Shown here: positions 1-9,313 of the stretch, one piece after another
Layout of the letters: every line of letters starts with the position of its first letter
Position numbering within the stretch: position 1 is the stretch's first letter
Assembly: GCA_029561175.1 (NCBI GenBank)
Contig: JAKQJL010000025.1
Location: 3,582-67,581 of the forward strand
DNA: 64,000 nucleotides
Origin: a bacterium
Lineage (GTDB): Bacteria > Patescibacteriota > Microgenomatia > UBA12405
Direction: 5' to 3'
Notes under the pieces: model-generated
Database searches by the model: none
What the model was told of the DNA's origin: nothing
What the model saw: only the letters and a program-made list of their open reading frames with translations
Program-made: the position numbers and the translations under genes

Positions 1-293
1 TAATTTCCCAAGAACTGGCCAAATTATTAAAACTAGATTATCAGGAACTTATTATACGCCACCAGTTCACTTCCCCCCAAGCCAATCTCAAAGATCCTTC
101 TGCCCGCCGTGCCAACATGTCCTCAGTCTTTGCAATTAAGCCTCCCTTGTCAAGGGGAGGTCCCGAAGGGGGAGGGGTTTTAACCAATCTCATTATTTTT
201 GATGATGTCTACACCACTGGAGCTACTCTCAATTCCGCCATCTCAATTTTCCCTAAAAATTCTGAAATTTATGGTCTCACTCTCGCCGCTTAA
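1..293 (+). CDS. ComF-family phosphoribosyltransferase-like protein, C-terminal fragment (5' end outside window)
   Basis: Manual translation of frame ending at TAA 291-293 gives ...IIRHQFTSPQANLKDPSARRANMSSVFAI...LIIFDDVYTTGATLNSAISIF, typical ComF/PRTase C-terminus (R-rich motif then DDV-TTGAT PRPP-binding loop). It contains an in-frame GC-rich insert (PPLSRGGPEGGGV). Confidence 0.55.
   Translation, partial: ISQELAKLLKLDYQELIIRHQFTSPQANLKDPSARRANMSSVFAIKPPLSRGGPEGGGVLTNLIIFDDVYTTGATLNSAISIFPKNSEIYGLTLAA
140..177. repeat. GC-rich palindromic element (copy 1), inserted in-frame in the ComF-like gene
   Basis: GCCTCCC-TTGTCAA-GGGGAGG-TCCCGAA-GGGGGAGGGG; encodes PPLSRGGPEGGG in the host reading frame. 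Confidence 0.6.
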
Positions 294-961
294 AGATTTT
301 GAATATTTCCCGAGATTAGTCTACCTTGTTTAATTTCTTCTTCAGTTTTAGGAGCTGTGGCCTCGTTTGGCACCACTTCTTCTCCTACCGCACTGCCCTC
401 AATTGGGGTCAGCGAACTTAAATAAAAGTTTTCCACATTTAATCCGTGTGAAGTTAACGATTCTTTTAATTCGTTTTTAATTTCTTCTTCAATAATGCTT
501 CTGTCGGTCGACAAAGCTTTGCTCAAAGTGTGGTTGGTCAACACTTTTCTAATTCGGCTTCTAGTTACTGGTCGAACCACTTTCGACACAAAATACTCAC
601 CAATATTTTGCCAAATCTCAGGCAATCTTTCAGTGTCAAGTTTAATCAATACGGTTGCCTCAACGGCGACAAATTTATTATCCGAAGTAACTGAATTAAT
701 CACTTCATCACCCATAATTTCTTTATTGTCTTTTAAAACCACATCTTTAGAAACTGTATATTCAATTAATTGAGCATTAAATAATTTCACTCGGTGAATT
801 ATTGGAATTTTAAAATGCATTCCTGGGTACCACACATTTTTCAATACTCCTCGAAAAATTGAATAGATACAACCAACGTGTCCGGGTGGAATAGTGACAA
901 TAAATCCACCAACAACTTCGTCAACGAACAAAGAAACTAACAAATTATCAATCGATGCCAT
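290..961 (-). CDS. SPFH/band-7 (prohibitin/HflC-like) domain protein
   Basis: 223 aa. N-terminal TIPPGHVGCIY...FR motif typical of PHB/SPFH domain proteins; coiled C-terminus. Confidence 0.65.
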   Translation of the reverse strand: MASIDNLLVSLFVDEVVGGFIVTIPPGHVGCIYSIFRGVLKNVWYPGMHFKIPIIHRVKLFNAQLIEYTVSKDVVLKDNKEIMGDEVINSVTSDNKFVAVEATVLIKLDTERLPEIWQNIGEYFVSKVVRPVTRSRIRKVLTNHTLSKALSTDRSIIEEEIKNELKESLTSHGLNVENFYLSSLTPIEGSAVGEEVVPNEATAPKTEEEIKQGRLISGNIQNL

Positions 962-972
962 ATATTAAAAAA

Positions 973-1587
973 TTATACTCTAAATCCTTTCGCAAGTTCT
1001 AACAATTTTGCTTTTGGATCCTCCGATTTTACCACACTTGTCGCTACTAATACTCCTTTTGCCCCCAATTGACAGGCAATATCTACGTCTATCATAGATT
1101 TTATGCCCGCACCTACCAACACTTTTTTATCATCTAAAAACTTGACCATTTTTTCAATTGTGGTCGCCTTTTCTGAAGATACCGATTTTTCACTACTACC
1201 AATATATTCTTTGGGTTCAAAAGCTATCCATTGATTACTTAGTTTTTTACCCCATTTTTCTGCCTGTCCTAAGGTCGATAAGCACACCATTAATTCAAAT
1301 CCCTCTGGTTTCTTTTTCACTATTTCTCTAATTTGGTTAGGAGTCAATCGGTAATCCGAATGGTTAATCAAACTTCCTTTTATCCCCATTTTGTTGGCTT
1401 GTTCCATCATCTCTGGTTTTTGCAACCATACTTCGGTAATTTGATTTAGTTTTTCGGCCGCCAGTTCGGTCACCACCGGAATCACTTTAATTCCCGTTTC
1501 CTCCATCACTTCTTTGCAAATTCTAGCCAACTTTTCACCTTTTTCTCCCTCCGTCTCCGGATATTTTTTAAAATTTACTAAGATCAT
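973..1587 (-). CDS. tpiA: triosephosphate isomerase, short archaeal-type
   Basis: 204 aa. MILVNFKKY N-terminus and C-terminal VGAGIKS...GAKGVLVATSVVKS resemble archaeal-type TIM (~220 aa) rather than bacterial 250-aa TIM. Confidence 0.55.
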   Translation of the reverse strand: MILVNFKKYPETEGEKGEKLARICKEVMEETGIKVIPVVTELAAEKLNQITEVWLQKPEMMEQANKMGIKGSLINHSDYRLTPNQIREIVKKKPEGFELMVCLSTLGQAEKWGKKLSNQWIAFEPKEYIGSSEKSVSSEKATTIEKMVKFLDDKKVLVGAGIKSMIDVDIACQLGAKGVLVATSVVKSEDPKAKLLELAKGFRV

Positions 1588-1648
1588 ATATTTCTATTCT
1601 ATCAATAACTAATCAAAGCCTCGCCCTGCTTGCCCGCCTATGGAGGGG

Positions 1649-3127
1649 TTAAATTTTATATTTCTCCTTCAATTGTTTTATTCCATTAGTCAGATTAGTC
1701 ATCACTGCCTCGTCAACTGCTCCTTTGGCAATTGTCTCGTTAATTGCATTTCCAAAGTATCTGGCCATTTCCTCATTAATCCCATCACTATCAAAAGTTC
1801 TCGAACACAAATACCAACTACTCGCATTCTCAGCTCCCTTAACAAATCCTTTTGTCTTTGGATTCGTTTCCATTTCATTTATCATCGAAACTCTCGGGTA
1901 AATTTCTCCAAAGGTTCTAATTTGACTGGCAGCGGTAAACATTTTTTCTAACGATTCTTTCGAGGCTAAATATTCCAAAAACTTCCACGCTTCTTTTTGT
2001 TTGCTGCTTTTAGCGTTTACTGCTTCCACCCAGAACGATGCCCAGTGAACATTGGTCAAATTTGCATCAGTCGAGTCCAAAGAAACATTTTCCGAAGTTG
2101 ATAATTGAGGCACCGAGGTAATCTCATAATTCAATCCATTCTTTTTCATTTCTTCAATATCAAACACTCGCCAAGATGGTCCAAAATAAAATGCCAATTT
2201 GCCTTCAGCAAACGCTTTAGTCGAGTAGGGTAGAGTGTCATCCCAAACTTTGTGCTTACTAAAAAATAAGGTGTAATAAGTCAAGACATCGCTCATTTTT
2301 TTAGTTGCTGCCGAATCAGTTGGGTCAACTCCGCCTTGTTGAAGCATTAGTCCTAAAATATCGCTCCAATGATCCACATTATCTGTCAATCCCAAAGCCG
2401 CTCCAGCTACCAAAATTCGATCATTTTCATCTCGAACCGTTAGTTTTTTAGCCGCCGATTCCAGTTCCCACCACGATCTGGGTGGGTTTATTCCTGCCGA
2501 GTTTAGTAAATCTTTGTTGTAAAACAAGGCCAAACCGTCATACATTATTGGCACTGCCAAATAATTACTTCGGCTTTTAATTGTTTTTTTATAAACTTCA
2601 AAAAAATCGTCATCTAAGCCAATTGTTTTTGCTGTAGCTGCTGGCACTGGTGCCAACAAATCCGAAAACATTGGCATCCAGCTTTGATGAATTCTAAAAA
2701 TATCTGGCACCTCATCCTCACTAGCTCCGTTCATCAGTCTCGATTGCAACACTGTTCGATAATTCTCTTGGCTTTTTTTTGTATATTTAATCGTTACATT
2801 AGGATTTTTGGCCTCATACTCGGCAATTGCTGCATTTATCACCGCCTCGTTTTCCCACATTCCCCAATAATTCAAAGTTACTTTTTCTGGCTTTTTAGTT
2901 AGTTTGGGAATAAGAATTACCAGTAAAACTACTACTAATATTCCAATTATTCCAAAAATTATAAATTTTGGGTCAAATTTTTTAATTGTTTTTTTATTTT
3001 CCTCACCAATATCGTTTATCGAATTCTGTTTAGCCTCCCCTGTCAAGGGGAGGTCCCCGAGCTTGTCGAGGGGGGAGGGGTTTTCTACTTTTCTAGCTGG
3101 TAAAGGTGAGTTTAATTCGATCTCCAT
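1649..3127 (-). CDS. ABC transporter extracellular solute-binding protein (family 1, sugar-type) with N-terminal membrane anchor
   Basis: 492 aa. N-terminal TM helix followed by KVTLNYWGMWENE...AEYEAKNPNVTIKY, typical SBP_bac_1. The N-terminal tail carries an in-frame GC-rich repeat copy. Confidence 0.65.
   Translation of the reverse strand: MEIELNSPLPARKVENPSPLDKLGDLPLTGEAKQNSINDIGEENKKTIKKFDPKFIIFGIIGILVVVLLVILIPKLTKKPEKVTLNYWGMWENEAVINAAIAEYEAKNPNVTIKYTKKSQENYRTVLQSRLMNGASEDEVPDIFRIHQSWMPMFSDLLAPVPAATAKTIGLDDDFFEVYKKTIKSRSNYLAVPIMYDGLALFYNKDLLNSAGINPPRSWWELESAAKKLTVRDENDRILVAGAALGLTDNVDHWSDILGLMLQQGGVDPTDSAATKKMSDVLTYYTLFFSKHKVWDDTLPYSTKAFAEGKLAFYFGPSWRVFDIEEMKKNGLNYEITSVPQLSTSENVSLDSTDANLTNVHWASFWVEAVNAKSSKQKEAWKFLEYLASKESLEKMFTAASQIRTFGEIYPRVSMINEMETNPKTKGFVKGAENASSWYLCSRTFDSDGINEEMARYFGNAINETIAKGAVDEAVMTNLTNGIKQLKEKYKI
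3034..3080. repeat. GC-rich palindromic element (copy 2), inserted in-frame in the N-terminal tail of the ABC substrate-binding protein gene
   Basis: GCCTCCCC-TGTCAA-GGGGAGG-TCCCCGAGCTTGTCGAGGGG-GGAGGGG; encodes ...NPSPLDKLGDLPLTGEA on the minus strand without breaking the frame. Confidence 0.6.
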
Positions 3128-3148
3128 TACTTATGATACACTCTACCC

Positions 3149-3751
3149 ATGTTAATTCCAATTAGTATCGCCACCGGTTGTCTCTTAGGTAACGTCTTTT
3201 TTCACCTCCTTCCCGAGTCAGATAATTATTTTTTAGTTCTCCTTGGTCTTCTTTCTTTTTTTATACTCGAAAAAATTTTAAAATGGCACCATTGTCACGA
3301 TCATGATCACCACCATCATCTTACTCAAATGAGTTATGTCGGTGGTTCAATCCACTCCCTAGTCGATGGCGCTCTCATCGTTTCTCAGTTTTTTGTCTCT
3401 CCTTCTTCTGGTTTTGCTACTCTTTTGGCCATCACTCTCCATGAAATTCCTCAAAAACTAACCTACTATTCGATTTTTGTATCTCAAAAAATGTCCCATC
3501 TTAAGGCAATTGGCTTATCGCTACTAACCTCGGCTCCAATGTTTTTAGCCGCTCTGATTCTCTATATTTTTCGTCAGAACCTCGACACTTCTTGGTTAAC
3601 TCCTTTTACTGCTGGTTCTTTTCTCTACATCGCCACCTCCGATTTAATTCCCGAGCTCCATCATCACAGTGGTCTCAAACAAAATTTAATTCAACTCTTT
3701 TTCATTTGTCTTGGTCTCTATTTTATGTTTTTCCTTCTTCGTTTCGAATAG
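3149..3751 (+). CDS. ZIP-family metal (Zn/Fe) transporter, short form
   Basis: 200 aa. His-rich loop HHCHDHDHHHH; conserved ZIP TM4/TM5 motifs H..DG (HSLVDGA) and HEIPQ. In-frame stop 12 nt upstream precludes a longer N-terminus. Confidence 0.55.
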   Translation: MLIPISIATGCLLGNVFFHLLPESDNYFLVLLGLLSFFILEKILKWHHCHDHDHHHHLTQMSYVGGSIHSLVDGALIVSQFFVSPSSGFATLLAITLHEIPQKLTYYSIFVSQKMSHLKAIGLSLLTSAPMFLAALILYIFRQNLDTSWLTPFTAGSFLYIATSDLIPELHHHSGLKQNLIQLFFICLGLYFMFFLLRFE

Positions 3752-3766
3752 TTTAATATTACTATT

Positions 3767-4174
3767 ATGAAAATAAAAATTTACACCGATGGTGGTTCTC
3801 GGGGAAATCCTGGAATTTCTGGGTTTGGTTTGGTGGTCATCGATGAAGCTAATCAGATTGTCTATCAACAATCTCAATCTTTAGGCATCAAAACCAATAA
3901 TGAAGCCGAATATGCCGGTGCCCTGTCCGCTATTTCTTGGCTGGTTGCCAATCAATCTCGTTTTACTTCTGCCCAATTTATTTCCGATTCCCAGTTAATG
4001 ATTTGTCAAATCAACGGTCAATATAAAGTTAAAGCCGCCAATCTCATTCCTCTTTACCAACAATTGATTAGTCTAATTTCTCAGGTTAAAATACCTCTAA
4101 CTTTTTCCCACACTTTGCGGGAAGGCAATCAGTTAGCCGATCAGTTAGCCAATCAGGCCATGGATCAACAATGA
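3767..4174 (+). CDS. rnhA: ribonuclease HI
   Basis: 135 aa. YTDGGSRGNPGISGFG...NNEAEYAGALSAISW matches the RNase H type 1 catalytic core. Confidence 0.8.
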   Translation: MKIKIYTDGGSRGNPGISGFGLVVIDEANQIVYQQSQSLGIKTNNEAEYAGALSAISWLVANQSRFTSAQFISDSQLMICQINGQYKVKAANLIPLYQQLISLISQVKIPLTFSHTLREGNQLADQLANQAMDQQ

Positions 4175-5892
4175 CCACAAAAATAATTCACATCATTAGG
4201 CCAATACTTTTAGCAATTCTGTTTATTGTCTTAGTAATGTTTGGGCCTTTAATAATCAATTTTGGTAAAACTGGTCGCCAAACTACTGTTTTAGGCAAAG
4301 ACTATTCGCTTCTTTCCAAATCTCAAATCATCGCCAAGTTAGCCGTCGATTTTCCCAATCCTACTAATTTTAGTTTTACTTCTGCTGGCCGTCAGTTCGA
4401 TCTTCCTCTTTCTTCCGTTTCTGCCTCCATAAATTATTCCACTACTGCTTCCAACCTATTATTTCGTCGTCTAAACCAAGGATTACCCCAATACTTTCGT
4501 TCATTTTTCGAGCCACGTAATTTTAATCTCGAAATCGATTACCGTCCTGAACTGTTGACTTCTCAAATCGATGCCATCGCTTCTCAAATTAATCGGCCCT
4601 ATATTCCCACCGAATTAGTTCTCAATCCCCAAACCAAAAACATTGAAGTTAAAGCCGGTCAGCTTGGTAGTCAATTAGATCAGTCAGCCCTCAGCCGTCA
4701 GCTCATTTCAAATCTTACCAACTATCATCTTCAACCTTTTGAAATTACCATCGAAACCAAAGGTACTTTGCCCAATCAATCTCAAATCGATCAAACCATT
4801 TTAAAAGCTCAAAAATTAATCGATAAAAAAATTATTTTAAAACTTCCCGATCAGGAAATTACTCTTACCGACCAAACCCTAATCAACTGGCTCGACTTCG
4901 ATCAAAATTGTCGCACCGACAACATTTCTTTCTACGTCGATTCGGTTGCCACCAGTATTAAGAAAGATCCTATCGATGCTGTCTTTCAATTCGAAAATGG
5001 TAAAGTTCTTGAGTTCAAACCAGCCACCAAAGGTTATTCTCTCAATTCCACCGAATTAAAAAACCAACTCTGTCCCTCAGTTAATCAAATTATTGCCAGC
5101 TCATCAAATCAAACCATCGAAACCCCATTAAATTACACCGATCCTACCACTCAAAATTCCATGGTCAACGACTTAGGCATCAAAGAATTGCTCGGTCGGG
5201 GAGTGTCAACTTTCAAGCATTCTTCCACTATCCGCAACCACAATGTTGAAAAAGGTGCTTCAATTGTCAATCGAGTTTTGGTCGCTCCCGGTGAAACTTT
5301 TTCCTTTCTTAAAAATCTTGGTGAAGTTAGCCTCGAAACTGGTTTCAAAAAAGCCTATGTCATTCGAGCCGGTAAAACCGAGCTTGATGTTGGTGGGGGA
5401 ATTTGCCAAGTATCTACCACTCTTTTCCGGGCCATGCTCAATGCTGGTCTCAATATCACCGAGCGTAAAAATCATGCCTATCGTGTTGGTTATTATGAAG
5501 AAGACATGCCCCCAGGCTACGATGCTACTGTTTTTATTCCCAGTCCCGACCTTAAGTTTATCAACGACACTGGCCACCATCTTTTAATCCAAAGCACCTA
5601 CGATGGTGTTAATAAAAAACTAACCTACGATATTTATGGCACTTCCGATGGTCGAAAAACTGAAATTACTAACTATCGTCAATGGGGTGCCGCCCCACCT
5701 CCACCAGCGGTTTATATCGACGATCCTACCCTAGCTCCGGGCAAAGTTGTTCAAGATGAGCACGCTATTGCTGGTCTCAAAACCTCTTTTGATTGGAAAG
5801 TTACTCGCGACTCCCAAATTATTCATCAAAAAACCTTTACCTCTAATTTCGTTCCCTGGGCCGCCGTCTATCGCCGTGGCCCCACCCAATAA
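4171..5892 (+). CDS. VanW-family membrane-anchored protein
   Basis: 573 aa. N-terminal TM; C-terminal block GKTELDVGGGICQVSTTLFRAMLNAG...HAYRVGYY is the VanW domain signature. Start overlaps rnhA stop by 4 nt. Confidence 0.65.
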   Translation: MTTKIIHIIRPILLAILFIVLVMFGPLIINFGKTGRQTTVLGKDYSLLSKSQIIAKLAVDFPNPTNFSFTSAGRQFDLPLSSVSASINYSTTASNLLFRRLNQGLPQYFRSFFEPRNFNLEIDYRPELLTSQIDAIASQINRPYIPTELVLNPQTKNIEVKAGQLGSQLDQSALSRQLISNLTNYHLQPFEITIETKGTLPNQSQIDQTILKAQKLIDKKIILKLPDQEITLTDQTLINWLDFDQNCRTDNISFYVDSVATSIKKDPIDAVFQFENGKVLEFKPATKGYSLNSTELKNQLCPSVNQIIASSSNQTIETPLNYTDPTTQNSMVNDLGIKELLGRGVSTFKHSSTIRNHNVEKGASIVNRVLVAPGETFSFLKNLGEVSLETGFKKAYVIRAGKTELDVGGGICQVSTTLFRAMLNAGLNITERKNHAYRVGYYEEDMPPGYDATVFIPSPDLKFINDTGHHLLIQSTYDGVNKKLTYDIYGTSDGRKTEITNYRQWGAAPPPPAVYIDDPTLAPGKVVQDEHAIAGLKTSFDWKVTRDSQIIHQKTFTSNFVPWAAVYRRGPTQ

Positions 5893-5893
5893 A

Positions 5894-6925
5894 ATGTTCA
5901 AAGAATATTCCAATATTGTAAAAGTTTTAAAATCTGGTGGTCTTGTCGTTTTTCCTTCCGATAGTGTTTATGGTCTAGCCGTCGACCCACTCAATCCCAA
6001 AGCCGTTGCCAAGCTCATTGCTTTCAAAGATCGTTGGCCAGGCAAGGCTATTTCGGTGGCAGTTAATAGTCTCGACATGGCCAAAAAATACGCCAAAATC
6101 GACACAAAAGCCGAAAACATTTTTAAAACTCTACTTCCTGGCCCTTTTACTGTTATTGTCCCGGGTCTTCATCTTTTTGCTCCTGGCATCGAAGCCGAAA
6201 ACGGCACCATCGGTCTTCGTTTGCCCAAATATCAATTCATCACCGATTTAGTCACCGAACTTGGTTCGCCTATAACCGCCACCTCTGCCAATTTATCGGG
6301 CAAAACACCCCACTATTCCATTCCTTCTTTGCTCAAAACTCTTTCTGCCAAAAAACAAGCTCTGATCGATTTAATCGTCGATCATGGTCAACTTCCTAAA
6401 AACCAACCCTCAACTGTCATCGATATTTCCCAGCCAGAACCTCAAATTCTTCGCGCCGGCGATATCCTAGTCGAAGCTGGCACCAAGTTTGTCTCTCAAT
6501 CCGAAGCCGACACCCGTCGTCTGGCTCAATTTATTTTTCAAAAAATAACTCCCGATCATCGGCCAATTGTTTTTCTACTAACCGGCGATCTAGGTGGTGG
6601 TAAGACCGTCTTTTCTCAAAGTATTGGCAAATATCTAGGAGTTAAGGATCAAATTACCAGTCCCACTTTTGTGATTTTAAATCAGTATCCCGCCACCCTT
6701 GTTAAACAATTTCTTCATTTCGATCTCTATCGTTTGTCAGCTGGTTACGAGTTTGATGAGATTAAATTCTTAGATCATTTTCAGCCCCAAACAGTTTCTT
6801 GCATCGAGTGGCCCGAAATCATGAATCCTCAAGATTTACAAACTATCCGTCAAACCTGCCAAGTAATTTCGGTCTCTTTTACCTATCTTTCCCAGAATAA
6901 ACGGCTTATTGAGTATTCGTTTTAA
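5894..6925 (+). CDS. fused L-threonylcarbamoyladenylate synthase (TsaC/YrdC domain) + TsaE P-loop ATPase
   Basis: N-terminus VVFPSDSVYGLAVDP...KDRW (YrdC/Sua5 fold); C-terminus IVFLLTGDLGGGKTVF...ITSPTF (TsaE/YjeE Walker A + SPTF motif). The ORF-track start at 5747 overlaps the upstream gene; ATG at 5894 is the likely start. Confidence 0.65.
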   Translation: MFKEYSNIVKVLKSGGLVVFPSDSVYGLAVDPLNPKAVAKLIAFKDRWPGKAISVAVNSLDMAKKYAKIDTKAENIFKTLLPGPFTVIVPGLHLFAPGIEAENGTIGLRLPKYQFITDLVTELGSPITATSANLSGKTPHYSIPSLLKTLSAKKQALIDLIVDHGQLPKNQPSTVIDISQPEPQILRAGDILVEAGTKFVSQSEADTRRLAQFIFQKITPDHRPIVFLLTGDLGGGKTVFSQSIGKYLGVKDQITSPTFVILNQYPATLVKQFLHFDLYRLSAGYEFDEIKFLDHFQPQTVSCIEWPEIMNPQDLQTIRQTCQVISVSFTYLSQNKRLIEYSF

Positions 6926-7436
6926 TCGATTTCCATACCTGTTCACATTCTTCTTTTAGTTTTTCAATATTGTTATGAACACATTGCAAGGTGTATTTCA
7001 TTTCTCCGTTTTCAAAATCAATCAATTTTTGTTTGCCCTCAACTTCAAAAATCGATGCCCCTTCTGCCATTTCTCGTCCTGGGTTGTTCCACGACCACAC
7101 TGTCCCTTCATGAATAGTAATAATTCCTTGGTTATCGTATAAAACGTATCTCAGACCACTTTTTTCTTTTTCCTCATAGAACTTTTTATAACTCGGATAA
7201 CTAAAACTTAGCAATCCATCTTTGGCAGTAAAACTCTTTATGGTTGGTGTTGGTGTCGCTGCCAAACTCGACTCGGTCGCTTCAATTGTCGGTGTTGGGC
7301 TACCAATTTCAGTCTTTACTGTTTCAAAACTAGTAGTCGTTTTTTTAGGTCTAAAGATAAAATAGACTCCAACAATTGATAATCCCAATAATACCAACGA
7401 AAACATAAGGTACTGACTGTTTTTGTTAGAATTCAT
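6906..7436 (-). CDS. hypothetical secreted/membrane-anchored protein
   Basis: 176 aa. N-terminal TM/signal then a PT-rich linker; no recognised domain. Confidence 0.4.
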   Translation of the reverse strand: MNSNKNSQYLMFSLVLLGLSIVGVYFIFRPKKTTTSFETVKTEIGSPTPTIEATESSLAATPTPTIKSFTAKDGLLSFSYPSYKKFYEEKEKSGLRYVLYDNQGIITIHEGTVWSWNNPGREMAEGASIFEVEGKQKLIDFENGEMKYTLQCVHNNIEKLKEECEQVWKSIKTNTQ

Positions 7437-7455
7437 AATCTATAATACCTAAAAT

Positions 7456-8478
7456 ATGAATCAATTGGCAATCGAAACTAGTTGCGACGACACTTGTGCC
7501 GCTGTCCTCACCGACGGCCGGTTGATTTCTAGTGTCATTTCCTCTCAAACCAATCTTCATCAACAATGGGGTGGGGTAGTTCCCGACATTGCCAAACGAG
7601 CCCATCAACAAAACATCGATCCGGTTGTTCAAACCGCTCTCAAACGTGCTCATTTAAAACTCTCTGATATCGATTACTTAGCCGTCACCCAAGGGCCAGG
7701 TTTAGCAATTGCCCTAAGTGTAGGTGTAAATTATGCCAAAGATTTGGCTTTAAAATTAAACAAACCTCTTATCGCTGTTAACCATATTGAAGGCCATTTG
7801 CTTTCTCCTTTTATTACCAATCGCTCTGGCAATCCAGTTCGTCAATTTCAATTCCCCTTGCTTTCGCTCACAGTTTCCGGTGGCCATACCAAAATTATTC
7901 TTACCCAAAGTCTTGGGGATTATCAAATTATTGGTCAAACTCTCGACGATGCCGCCGGCGAATCTCTCGACAAAGCTGCTAAACTTTTAGGTCTTGGCTA
8001 TCCTGGTGGCCCAATCATCGAAGTTCTCAGTCGTCTAGGCAACCCCAATTTTTTAAAATTACCCCAACCTCTAAACAATAAATCTATTTTGAATTTTTCT
8101 TTTTCTGGTTTAAAAACTGCCTTCTACTATCAAATAAAAAAAATGTCTCCAGAATATATTTTGGCTCATCAAGCCGATTTAGCCGCTTCTTTTCAACAAT
8201 CAGTTTTCTCCTCTCTCACCACCAAATTTGGGTTAGCCATTTCTAAATACTCTCCTGTTTTACTATCAGCTAGCGGGGGAGTTTTGGCCAATAAAGCTCT
8301 TCGTGCTCAACTTCGAAGTCTGGCCAAAAAGCATCATTTGCCCATCTATTTTCCTTCAAAATTAGCCCACAATACCGACAATGCCGCCATGATCGGCCTG
8401 GTTGCTCATCACAAATTTCTCCGCCATCAGTTTGCCAACCCTCTTCTCCTCGACCGCGACCCCCGCCTCCAACTATAA
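7456..8478 (+). CDS. tsaD: tRNA N6-adenosine threonylcarbamoyltransferase
   Basis: 340 aa. MNQLAIETSCDDTCAAVL..., HIEGHLLS, GGVLANKALR: classical Kae1/TsaD motifs. Confidence 0.85.
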   Translation: MNQLAIETSCDDTCAAVLTDGRLISSVISSQTNLHQQWGGVVPDIAKRAHQQNIDPVVQTALKRAHLKLSDIDYLAVTQGPGLAIALSVGVNYAKDLALKLNKPLIAVNHIEGHLLSPFITNRSGNPVRQFQFPLLSLTVSGGHTKIILTQSLGDYQIIGQTLDDAAGESLDKAAKLLGLGYPGGPIIEVLSRLGNPNFLKLPQPLNNKSILNFSFSGLKTAFYYQIKKMSPEYILAHQADLAASFQQSVFSSLTTKFGLAISKYSPVLLSASGGVLANKALRAQLRSLAKKHHLPIYFPSKLAHNTDNAAMIGLVAHHKFLRHQFANPLLLDRDPRLQL

Positions 8479-8485
8479 TAATTCA

Positions 8486-9247
8486 GTGATAAAAAAGAAG
8501 TTTTCTTTTATTACCTTCAATATTCAAGGTGTTCCCCGAAAGTCATCAAAAATAGTTGAACGTCTCAACCAACTAGCTCTGAATTTAAACCAACAAACAG
8601 TAGATCTTATCAATCTCCAAGATGTGTTTACTTATCAGCAACTAACTATTTTGAAAAACAATTTAACTTCGTATCCTTATTGTATTTTTCAACCAGCAGT
8701 TTTTGGGCCAAAAGGTGGCCTGGTCACTTTTTCAAAACACCCAATAAAGTCTCATAAATATTATTCTTTTGGTTTTTCCTTTCATTTCTTAAAACAATTT
8801 TTTAGAAATATTTTGTCAGATAAAGGTTTTTTAGTATCTTATTTCAATGATTATCTTGTAATCAACACTCATTTTTATTTTGCGTCTTTAAACAAAGAAA
8901 AAACATATCATCACCAAATAAAAAAATTATCAACAATTGTCAACCGAACAACAAAAAAAACCATCCTAACCGGCGATTTTAATATTCCCAAAAACCATCA
9001 CCTCTACTCCAGCTTAACTAATAGTTTAAATTTAATTAACCCTTTTCCTCAAAATTTATCTCCCACTTTTCATCAAGAATTTTTGTCACCAGATCAAAAA
9101 GGTTATTGTCTCGATCATATTTTTATTTCGCCTAACTTAAATCCCATTATTCAGAATTACTTATTTCAACAACCAATTATTTCTAAAAGTAATAATCATG
9201 GTTTTCTTTCCGACCATCTGGCCATCAAAACCATCATTTCTTTTTAA
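8486..9247 (+). CDS. endonuclease/exonuclease/phosphatase (EEP) family protein
   Basis: FITFNIQGV...INLQDV...LSDHLAIK pattern of the EEP fold. The likely GTG start at 8486 sits just after the tsaD stop; the ORF track's ATG at 8402 lies inside tsaD. Confidence 0.5.
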   Translation: MIKKKFSFITFNIQGVPRKSSKIVERLNQLALNLNQQTVDLINLQDVFTYQQLTILKNNLTSYPYCIFQPAVFGPKGGLVTFSKHPIKSHKYYSFGFSFHFLKQFFRNILSDKGFLVSYFNDYLVINTHFYFASLNKEKTYHHQIKKLSTIVNRTTKKTILTGDFNIPKNHHLYSSLTNSLNLINPFPQNLSPTFHQEFLSPDQKGYCLDHIFISPNLNPIIQNYLFQQPIISKSNNHGFLSDHLAIKTIISF

Positions 9248-9263
9248 CTACTTTTTATGTTTA

Positions 9264-9295
9264 TCCCCCTCTGGTCAAAGAGGGGGTAGGGGGAG
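9264..9295. repeat. GC-rich palindromic element (copy 3), intergenic between convergent genes; may also act as terminator
   Basis: ATCCCCCTCT-GGTCAA-AGAGGGGG-TAGGGGGAG. Perfect 8-bp stem, in the same family as the copies at 140 and 3034. Confidence 0.55.
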
Positions 9296-9313
9296 ATTGA
9301 AATTATAAATTAT

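Noticed and set aside
495-773. Overlapping or antisense ORFs from the six-frame track (e.g. 495-773, 1640-1951, 2684-3155, 5151-5580, 7426-7653, 10688-10913, 17667-17849, 22057-22282, 42197-42916, 51792-52013, 57459-57845)
   Set aside because: They lie wholly inside, and antisense or out of frame to, long ORFs with clear homology-type motifs. They have no motifs of their own and low-complexity composition, and are treated as spurious.
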